A DNA stretch of 51,219 nt from IMG/VR virus record IMGVR_UViG_3300019871_000003, positions 1 to 51,219 of that record. One strand, given 5' to 3'. Position numbers and translations under genes: made by a program. Below the pieces are notes generated by a model, which saw only the letters and a list, made by a program, of their open reading frames with translations, had not been told where the DNA came from and ran no database searches. Below, piece by piece: positions 39,148 to 46,344 of the stretch (its first letter is position 1; the number at the start of each line of letters is the position of its first letter). Origin of the DNA: a virus. Lineage: Duplodnaviria; Caudoviricetes.

Positions 39148-40674
39148 ATGAAAAAGCTAATCTTATTACTACTATTATCAGTTAGTGCATTACTGGCTAA
39201 GGCTCAGTTCTGCGGGCCGTATACCTTTATCAATCACTTGTCCTATTCGGGGATGAGCAACTTAACGATCAGTTTTGATTCGTTACAGTACATCTCTTTA
39301 ACATCCTGTCATAACATTCACATTACCCATTGCAAGGTAGCAGGCAATGTTTTTGGCATAGGGATCGAACTTAACTCATGTACTGGCATTACGATTGATT
39401 CAACCGAGATAACTAATTGCGGACAGGGAATTATAATGACGAATGTATCATCTTATAATATTTCGCATAATTATTTTTTAAATATCATAGGCACTCCGGG
39501 CGACACATGGCATCCGTTTCAAGCGAGAAGTTGCACCGGTTCCCCTCAGATATTTAATTTTAATAAGATCGAAGAAATTGGTGTGCCGTTTTCGCACGAT
39601 CAGATTAGTTTCTTTCAATGCCATGGTTCATCCGGGCACCTTATTCAATGCTATGGTAACACTATAAGAGGCGGTCAAACGCAAATGAATGGTACTGGCC
39701 CGGGTGGCAGGGTTGCTATTCCTGGTAAAGCCCTGAATGGTGCTTGTGGTATAGGAGTAGATATAGGAACAACTTACATTTTAGTAAGGCAAAACAAAGG
39801 AATTAATACAGGTTATGCCGGTATTCAAATTATAGGCTCAGGCATTGATCATGTTACAGTAGATTCAAACTCCTTTTATAGTTCAGCTACTAATATATCA
39901 TTGATAGGTCTGTCTTACCAGGTAAGCGGCGCAACGGATGTTTTCATAGGGCATAACTATTTGAATTGGCTCACTTTTAACAACACAAGGCAAAACCTAT
40001 TTTCATCTGTAACCGCACCTCCGGGATGGACAACTAATACTGCAAATACCGTTGCAGATCCATTAGCCACATCGACCATGATCCCTAACCCTCAGGTCGC
40101 ATCATGCTTAGTGCCGCCGATAATTAATATATCCGGATCGCCTTTTGCTTATGTTTATGGTTCAACTATTGCAAATATCACTCCGGTTAATACTGGCGGG
40201 GCTGCGACCTCTTATTCACTAATTGGTACGTTGCCATCAGGTTTAAGCTTCAATACTGCCACGGGCGTTATTTCAGGAACAAACACAGGTATTAAATCAA
40301 TCACAAGTTACCAGGTCATAGCTATTAATGGATCAGGCCGCGATACTGCGACTATTTCAATAACGGTCAACAAGGCTGTTTTAACAATAGTTCCAAACCT
40401 TGCCTTTAAATTTCAAGGTCAGGTTAATCCAACTTTTACAGCCAGTTACGCAGATTTTCAATTAAGTGATAGTGTAGGATCATTAACCACGCCTGCAACA
40501 GTATCAACCACTGCCACGACAGTATCGGCAGCCGGGACTTATCGATTAACAGCATCAGGAGCAGCTGCTACAAATTACACGTTTAATTACGTTTCGGCAC
40601 CGTTTAGTTTTGTGATCCTCCCAAATACTATAGGCGTAGTAATACATACACCAGTAATAGTTTTAACACACTAA
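39148..40674 (+). CDS. Signal-peptide-bearing beta-helix + putative Ig (He_PIG-like) + MBG-like protein
   Basis: MKKLILLLLLSVSALLAKA/Q; parallel beta-helix repeats; LPSGLSFNTATGVISGT; VNKAVLTI...GQ.NP.FTASY...AGTY. Confidence 0.75.
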   Translation: MKKLILLLLLSVSALLAKAQFCGPYTFINHLSYSGMSNLTISFDSLQYISLTSCHNIHITHCKVAGNVFGIGIELNSCTGITIDSTEITNCGQGIIMTNVSSYNISHNYFLNIIGTPGDTWHPFQARSCTGSPQIFNFNKIEEIGVPFSHDQISFFQCHGSSGHLIQCYGNTIRGGQTQMNGTGPGGRVAIPGKALNGACGIGVDIGTTYILVRQNKGINTGYAGIQIIGSGIDHVTVDSNSFYSSATNISLIGLSYQVSGATDVFIGHNYLNWLTFNNTRQNLFSSVTAPPGWTTNTANTVADPLATSTMIPNPQVASCLVPPIINISGSPFAYVYGSTIANITPVNTGGAATSYSLIGTLPSGLSFNTATGVISGTNTGIKSITSYQVIAINGSGRDTATISITVNKAVLTIVPNLAFKFQGQVNPTFTASYADFQLSDSVGSLTTPATVSTTATTVSAAGTYRLTASGAAATNYTFNYVSAPFSFVILPNTIGVVIHTPVIVLTH

Positions 40675-40702
40675 TTTTTTTATTATATATTTTATAAATG
40701 TC

Positions 40703-41056
40703 ATGACGTTTAAGGTTGGTAAAAATGATGTTCACATAGGATTTTGGGAAGCATTCTCAATTATTTCAAGCGTAGTAATTTGCACATGGGGGGTTAGCGA
40801 ATGGAATAATTTCCGTAACAACCGGGAAGAGAAAAGGATCGAAGAGCAACACGTAATGTATCAAAAGATTAACTGGATAGCCAAACAGGATACTTTGCTA
40901 ATAGGATATAAAAATCGCCAAGACTCAATATTAACGGTAATAACGCGTAAACAGGCAGTGTTTGAGAACGTGTTTATAAAAGGGTCAAAAGAAAAATTGC
41001 AATATGTTACTGAGCAATATGATCAGAATGGCCTTCATTTTAATGTTGTAAAATAA
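40703..41056 (+). CDS. Single-TM protein of the lysis region
   Basis: One N-terminal hydrophobic helix followed by a helical soluble domain. Confidence 0.55.
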   Translation: MTFKVGKNDVHIGFWEAFSIISSVVICTWGVSEWNNFRNNREEKRIEEQHVMYQKINWIAKQDTLLIGYKNRQDSILTVITRKQAVFENVFIKGSKEKLQYVTEQYDQNGLHFNVVK

Positions 41057-41067
41057 ATCGAATAAAA

Positions 41068-41109
41068 GTAAACTACAGTTGACAGAGTGTACACTTTTAT
41101 TTACCTTTA
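41068..41109 (+). promoter_or_regulatory. Late-module palindrome GTAAACTACAGTTGAC plus TACCTTTA -7-like box
   Basis: 24/26 nt identical to the site at 18113. Confidence 0.6.
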
Positions 41110-41131
41110 ATTATTGAAATCTTAAGTTATT

Positions 41132-41434
41132 ATGTCTGATCAAACAGCCGAACCCGGCAAAGAGCCAAATACAGTTACAGTAAAGGACGCGCAGGTAACA
41201 GCGCCAACAAAAACAACTTTCGGGCTTGGCTCATTTAGCTTGCCTACGCCTGAAAGTGCGCGACAGGGATTTAAACTATTCCTTTTGTTCAATAGTATCA
41301 TAGTGCTTACTGTAAATGGATTTCCGCAGATCCCATTAGATGCAAGGAACTTAATTTTGCAGTTCTCTACTGTTGCAAATTTGGTAGCTAATAAGATTGA
41401 AGATTTTTACGGGCTATCAACTGACCTAAAATAA
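41132..41434 (+). CDS. Putative holin
   Basis: 100 aa with hydrophobic helices, immediately upstream of the endolysin. Confidence 0.55.
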   Translation: MSDQTAEPGKEPNTVTVKDAQVTAPTKTTFGLGSFSLPTPESARQGFKLFLLFNSIIVLTVNGFPQIPLDARNLILQFSTVANLVANKIEDFYGLSTDLK

Positions 41435-41444
41435 ACAAACCGTA

Positions 41445-41912
41445 ATGGATATAAGATCAGAAACGGCACTACTTACTTTGCACCCAAAATTCAGGCCATC
41501 AGCAATCGCGGCGTGGGCAGAAGCACAAGCGGCCATGCCATCTAATGTAAAAATAGTTGTTGTGCAGGGATTGAGATCGTTTTCGGAATCAGAAGCCTTG
41601 TATGCACAGGGTAGAACCAAGCCGGGACCTATTGTCACCAAAGCAACAGCAGGGCAAAGTTATCACAATTATGGGCTCGCTTTTGATTTTGCAATGATAA
41701 CGGACGGAAAGGATGATGATCAGGTAGGGCCGAATTGGTTAAAGGTTGTTTCAATAATGCAATTACACGGTATGTTTTGGGGCGGCAACTTCCCTGAAGG
41801 GTTTCATGATAACCCACATTTTGAAAATAGATATGGGCTTAACTGGCGTTTAATGCTCGCCAAACACAATGCAAAAGATTTTATTCCTGGAACTACTTAT
41901 ATAAACATATAG
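41445..41912 (+). CDS. Endolysin, M15 family L-Ala-D-Glu peptidase-like
   Basis: GLRS...LYAQGRT.PG..VT.A..GQSYHNYGLAFD...WGG...DNPHFE. Confidence 0.92.
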   Translation: MDIRSETALLTLHPKFRPSAIAAWAEAQAAMPSNVKIVVVQGLRSFSESEALYAQGRTKPGPIVTKATAGQSYHNYGLAFDFAMITDGKDDDQVGPNWLKVVSIMQLHGMFWGGNFPEGFHDNPHFENRYGLNWRLMLAKHNAKDFIPGTTYINI

Positions 41913-41921
41913 CAGAGTAAC

Positions 41922-42104
41922 ATGCAACCCGGCGATAAATGCACCGTCAATAAACATTACGGCCATGCCAATACTGAAAAGGTAATGCGCATTGTAAGGA
42001 TTGAACATGCCCCGGGTTACAGATCTGGAACTAAAGTAACAGTTGACGGCCTTGATCTTGCTGTTGATAGTGGATTGATAGTAATTATTCAAACGGGCAA
42101 ATAG
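41922..42104 (+). CDS. Small hypothetical protein (SH3/KOW-like)
   Basis: MQPGDKCTV... 60 aa, beta-rich. Confidence 0.45.
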   Translation: MQPGDKCTVNKHYGHANTEKVMRIVRIEHAPGYRSGTKVTVDGLDLAVDSGLIVIIQTGK

Positions 42105-42147
42105 AGTGTAACTAATTTTTAAAAACAAATATTAAATCAAACAATTT

Positions 42148-42642
42148 ATGAGCAACAACCCATTTCAAGACTTAGGAAGCTTCCTATCGAATTTATTCAA
42201 AAAAATAGTTTCTTGGATAACCGCAGCAGAGCACGTTTTAGGTCCAGTTATTACAATAGCTGAGACACTGTTAAACGGGCTAAAATCTTTCGACAATTCA
42301 GTGGTAGGGCAAACAGTAGAAGGGCTTATAGAGCAATATATTCCTGCATCTACCGGACTGATTAACGCGTTTAAATTACAGCTACCTGTTTGGCTTATTG
42401 ATTTAGGCTGGATACAAAATGAAGCGACTAAAACACTAGATCAGCAATGGCAGGATGCATTGGCTTACCTGGCTACTATTAAAGACCCAAATGTTAAAGC
42501 GACACAACTTGCAGCCCTTAAATCATTATTCCTGCATTTCTTTGGAACTAATTCCGGGACTGTAGTTAATGGCAAGCCGTTGACCATTCAGCAAATGATC
42601 ACGTTATCGCAACCAACACACGACCCGAATATAGTGGCTTAA
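42148..42642 (+). CDS. Amphipathic helical protein of the lysis region
   Basis: N-terminal amphipathic helix FLSNLFKKIVSWI. Confidence 0.6.
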   Translation: MSNNPFQDLGSFLSNLFKKIVSWITAAEHVLGPVITIAETLLNGLKSFDNSVVGQTVEGLIEQYIPASTGLINAFKLQLPVWLIDLGWIQNEATKTLDQQWQDALAYLATIKDPNVKATQLAALKSLFLHFFGTNSGTVVNGKPLTIQQMITLSQPTHDPNIVA

Positions 42643-42844
42643 TATTTAAAAGCCCGGCCTGAAAAAAACCGAATGCCTGATCGCTACGGAGAAATAAGTA
42701 AGAAAGGGCTTTTAACTTCAACGCAATGGAAGATAACGGATGGTTTATCATAGGAATAGTACTCATACGAATGGGAGTACTTGCTGTCCTTTGGGATGAT
42801 ATCTATCCGCTTATTAAGTTTATTAAACGACTAACTAGACGAAA

Positions 42845-43036
42845 ATGACAATAGGCCAACTTCGAGAACATCTAAATAATAGTCCTGCACCTGATGGTTT
42901 TATTATTAAGGTTGAGATAGCGGATGAGTTGTTTGACATTGATAAGATTATCTCTACAGTATACATGCAATTGCCAATCGGTGATGATGCTTTTGAAGTT
43001 ATATCGCTTAAAAACGAAAACTCAATTAAACTATGA
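42845..43036 (+). CDS. Hypothetical protein
   Basis: MTIGQLREHL..P 63 aa. Confidence 0.5.
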   Translation: MTIGQLREHLNNSPAPDGFIIKVEIADELFDIDKIISTVYMQLPIGDDAFEVISLKNENSIKL

Positions 43037-43221
43037 AAAGATTATTACCCATATACGTTTTACTGTTATTAGTATGCGTATCTATTAGTTTTACCGTAAA
43101 AGCTCAGGCAAAAAAAGACACCACAAAAGTAAAAGACACTTACAATTACTTTGTTACTATCCCGGCAGAAGATTATATGAAAATGTCGGGGGCGATCAAT
43201 GATTGGCTTCCCTTCTGTTAA
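43033..43221 (+). CDS. Short signal-peptide protein (possibly truncated)
   Basis: MKRLLPIYVLLLLVCVSISFTVKA/QAKKDTTK. Confidence 0.5.
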   Translation: MKRLLPIYVLLLLVCVSISFTVKAQAKKDTTKVKDTYNYFVTIPAEDYMKMSGAINDWLPFC

Positions 43222-43476
43222 TAAAAACTAAAGAGCGTTCTGCTTTTTTTGTATCAAATTTTTTACAAACAATCCTATTTTAATACATAGTTAAGTGTTA
43301 CAGGCACTTATGAGACTAATAATGTTATACAAAGTATTTTTATTGTATTATAACTTACATTTATTAATTATGCATTAATTAATGAGTAACATTATCGTTA
43401 ATACATCGTAAAAATATTAACCTTGTTTTAAAAAGCATACCAATAAAATGAAACCAATTTAGATCGCCTTTTTACT

Positions 43477-43484
43477 TACCTTTG
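43477..43484 (+). promoter_or_regulatory. Bacteroidota -7 promoter box TACCTTTG
   Basis: Matches TAnnTTTG, upstream of the structured leader and radC. Confidence 0.5.
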
Positions 43485-43509
43485 AAGGGTAAAAAATATT
43501 GTACACCGA

Positions 43510-43625
43510 GTGCTGCAGCTCCAAATTACGAAAAATAAAAATCCGCAGCACTGCACAGCAGTACGCCAGCAAATGGCGTAGTTGGTATTGTTTGTGCTGC
43601 GGTAGGGCTTCGTAACCCTGGAGTT
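43510..43625 (+). other. Long nested hairpin (structured leader) upstream of radC
   Basis: CTCCA/TGGAG, TTACGAA/TTCGTAA, CCGCAGCAC/GTGCTGCGG, TACGCCA-gcaaa-TGGCGTA. Confidence 0.7.
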
Positions 43626-43665
43626 GACCATCAGTCCACTACGTCATTTTTTTTTACGCAAGACG

Positions 43666-44100
43666 TTGAAGCATTCTCAGGTAAAGGTTACCTATAACCC
43701 TAAAATCTTATCACCGCCGATCTGTTCATCATCGGAAACCTACCGTTTTTTAAATAAAATATGGGATAAGGGACTTATTAACCTACAGGAACAAGTTGTA
43801 TTTTTATTTTTGAACGGAAATAACCAGGTGATCACATGGCGCTGTATCAATACCGGAACTGATAATCAATCTCTATTCGATTTAAAATTAGCTTTATGTA
43901 TCGCTCTTAACTGCGCAGCCAGTAAAATGATTATTTCGCACAATCATCCATCGGGGCCGCTTTATCCCTCAAGAGACGATATAAATATTACTAAACGAAT
44001 GAAAAGCGCGGGCAATTTAATTGACATACCTGTGGTGGACCATATAATAGTAAACCGGGCTAATTACTTTTCATTTTTGGATAACGATTTGATGGATTAG
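43666..44100 (+). CDS. radC: RadC-family JAB/MPN domain protein
   Basis: SHNHPSGPLYPSRDD...VVDHII; likely TTG start at 43666 (track start 43624). Confidence 0.9.
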   Translation: MKHSQVKVTYNPKILSPPICSSSETYRFLNKIWDKGLINLQEQVVFLFLNGNNQVITWRCINTGTDNQSLFDLKLALCIALNCAASKMIISHNHPSGPLYPSRDDINITKRMKSAGNLIDIPVVDHIIVNRANYFSFLDNDLMD

Positions 44101-45251
44101 ATTTTACGTCCCTTGTCCAAGACACGCCCACGCTCAACACGGCCAAGGCTTTTTAAATATTCCATAGTGATCAGAGGTGTAGCGTGTCTGAATAACAACT
44201 GAATGTCCCTTACAGGCGCGCCATCATCAAATAAATGACAGGCCCTTGTTGACTTAAAGCAATAGAGCCCGTAATCATCCCCTAATTTAAAATGCTTTTT
44301 AACTGGCCTGAACCGCCTTGCAAAGTTATCTGTGCCAACGCGAACGGGTCCTGGTTTGTCTTTTCTGCCAAATAAATACCAGTGAGCAGGGTATTGGCCT
44401 AAATCGAGTTCTAATAATAATTCTTCAAACTCCGGGTAAATAGGCACTGGCTGCCGCACCTTGTTTTTTGCTACCCATGCATCAACAAAGAAAAGTTTGT
44501 TTTTAAAGTCGAAGTCACCACACCTTAGTTCTAAAGCTTCAGCCTCATTTCGCAAGCCGGTATAATAAATAACCTGGCAGACAAACCAAAGATATTTATC
44601 AGTTTCAATGGTATTTTTTTTAATAGCTTCAAACTCTTCGTCTGTATAAGCAATATTCCCTCTCGATTCCACTATATCGCGCGTTATTTTTGTCGCAGGG
44701 TTTCTTTCTAAATAATCGTCATAGTTATCTATGTAGTGATTGAAGAATCGCCTGAGATCATTTAAATAGTGGTTGACAGTTTTACCAGATGTAACCTTTG
44801 ATCTTTTCTTTACATATTCTATAAATTCAAAAATATGCTGCTTCTTTATTTGTCCGATGAGTAAATGAGTAAGATTGACTGATTCCAGCCAGCGTTTAAA
44901 CACATTCATTTCCAGTTCATATTTTCGCCGGGTATTTTTACGAAGCTTTGAATCTTGAATATATTGGATAAACTTATCCAGGCAGGCAATAATATTTTGC
45001 TGATCATTATCGCTGTCGGGTGATAATTCATCATGTGGAGAACCGCCTTTTTCGAGCCACATATTTACCATGTTACAATAGGTCATGGCTAACTCAAAGC
45101 GTTCTGATTTTGTTTTACGGGTATTTATGTCTTTAAAAATCTTATACCTTCGAAACTTTTTTGTCTGTTTATCTCTAAAAGAGTAGAATATAAACCACTG
45201 CTTTTTTATACTGCCGCCAGCGTCATATATTTCAGCTTTTTTATAGTTCAT
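44097..45251 (-). CDS. int: Tyrosine recombinase/integrase
   Basis: YTGLR, VAKN, LYCFKST, LFRH...TMEY; likely ATG at 45251, but the ORF stays open to 45389. Confidence 0.9.
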   Translation of the reverse strand: MNYKKAEIYDAGGSIKKQWFIFYSFRDKQTKKFRRYKIFKDINTRKTKSERFELAMTYCNMVNMWLEKGGSPHDELSPDSDNDQQNIIACLDKFIQYIQDSKLRKNTRRKYELEMNVFKRWLESVNLTHLLIGQIKKQHIFEFIEYVKKRSKVTSGKTVNHYLNDLRRFFNHYIDNYDDYLERNPATKITRDIVESRGNIAYTDEEFEAIKKNTIETDKYLWFVCQVIYYTGLRNEAEALELRCGDFDFKNKLFFVDAWVAKNKVRQPVPIYPEFEELLLELDLGQYPAHWYLFGRKDKPGPVRVGTDNFARRFRPVKKHFKLGDDYGLYCFKSTRACHLFDDGAPVRDIQLLFRHATPLITMEYLKSLGRVERGRVLDKGRKI

Positions 45252-45273
45252 TGTTGTCAGTAGTTTGTCAGTG

Positions 45274-45306
45274 AACGGCACTAACTTGTTGATTGTCAGT
45301 GCCGTT
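45274..45306 (-). terminator. Hairpin directly after the att core
   Basis: AACGGCACT / AGTGCCGTT inverted repeat. Confidence 0.55.
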
Positions 45307-45309
45307 TTC

Positions 45310-45330
45310 GTGGAGCCGGAGGGATTCGAA
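45310..45330 (-). other. attP core: duplicated 3' end of tmRNA (ssrA) or a tRNA-Ala-like RNA
   Basis: Minus strand TTCGAATCCCTCCGGCTCCAC = T-loop, T-stem, acceptor strand CGGCTCC with U70, discriminator A. Confidence 0.8.
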
Positions 45331-45424
45331 AAATCGTCTACCCCTAAAACAGGCTCAAAAGGGCATTTTTTGAGTGAATTTGATGGCATATTGAGGCTAA
45401 AAAATGGATTTTGTCAGTGGTTTG

Positions 45425-45898
45425 TCAGTGAGATTTGTAATGTATTTTATTATGGGCAAGCGTTTTTTGCATGTCCTTTAGTTCATTTTTCAATAAATCA
45501 ATTTGCTTTTGCATGCCGGACATGATCACGTCTTTTAACTGTAATTGTGCTTTTACCTCAGCTATATCGGTTATAGAAAGTCTCGTCTTTTTTGATTTCA
45601 ACATATATCCAGTCCCGAACGTAATCCATTCTGAAGAGTAACCCAATTTATCGCAGGCATCAATAAACCTTTTGCTTACGGGTACTTTTCCCTGAATGAT
45701 CTTATAAATACCCATCCGGCTAAATTTAGTATCCTTTGCAAACTTCGCAAGGCCGCCAGTTGTACCTTCGCTATAATCCTGGTATACTGCTATAGCCCGT
45801 AATGTTTCCGCCGATATCCCAGGCCCCCCTTCAGCTTTTTTAAGAACAGGGCCCGTTCGTCCAGTAACAGCCAGTTCTTTAGTTTGTTGTGCCATCAT
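45425..45898 (-). CDS. HTH transcriptional regulator with C-terminal coiled coil
   Basis: KFAKDTKFSRMGIYKIIQGK...GYSSEWITFGTGYM (CI-like HTH signature). Confidence 0.7.
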   Translation of the reverse strand: MMAQQTKELAVTGRTGPVLKKAEGGPGISAETLRAIAVYQDYSEGTTGGLAKFAKDTKFSRMGIYKIIQGKVPVSKRFIDACDKLGYSSEWITFGTGYMLKSKKTRLSITDIAEVKAQLQLKDVIMSGMQKQIDLLKNELKDMQKTLAHNKIHYKSH

Positions 45899-45943
45899 AT
45901 TTAGTTTGTTGTTAAATTTTATACACTCTAGTTAATAAAATGT

Positions 45944-46324
45944 TTATTCTTTTTGATAAATATCTGTTATATTATATATCGTATACCCATCTGGAGATAT
46001 AAGTTGACTTTGTAAAGAAAACTCGGTATCGCTCTTTTTTACGAGAGGGCAATTACCACCGTAAATATTTATATAACTATTGGCCCCCAATTTGTACAAA
46101 TATCCAACAGTTGAACCGCCGCTATAAACTGCATCAGAAGTGAAGGTAAATTCATTTGAAAACACCACCGTATCTGTTTTTTGTGTGGTTTCGTTATGTT
46201 CGAATCGGGCAATGTTTTTCCATTTCCCTATAATCCAGTTTTCAGGCGCTGCGGGCTGTTGGGTTTCTTTTTTTGAACATCCAAATACCGTTAAAGTAAA
46301 AGCAATAAGTAATAATTTTTTCAT
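45944..46324 (-). CDS. Lipoprotein (lipocalin-like), possible superinfection exclusion
   Basis: MKKLLLIAFTLTVFG/CSKK lipobox; IIGKWK. Confidence 0.75.
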   Translation of the reverse strand: MKKLLLIAFTLTVFGCSKKETQQPAAPENWIIGKWKNIARFEHNETTQKTDTVVFSNEFTFTSDAVYSGGSTVGYLYKLGANSYINIYGGNCPLVKKSDTEFSLQSQLISPDGYTIYNITDIYQKE

Positions 46325-46344
46325 TTTGATTAGGGTTTAATTGT

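Larger units (their letters stand above)
45254..45430. other. attP region with TTGTCAGT arm-type repeats
   Basis: TTGTCAGT at ~45254, 45265, 45293, 45411 and 45422 (two pairs at 11-bp spacing) flanking the core. Confidence 0.7.

Noticed and set aside
42649-42714. AAAAGCCC...GGGCTTTT long-loop inverted repeat after the lysis genes
   Set aside because: About 50-nt loop with no clear inner structure; could be a terminator remnant but unsupported
45310-45330. Complete tRNA or tmRNA gene
   Set aside because: Only the T-loop to 3' end is present; no D arm or anticodon arm upstream
45265-45525. Plus-strand 86-aa ORF over attP
   Set aside because: Overlaps att sites and two minus-strand genes; no motif or start context
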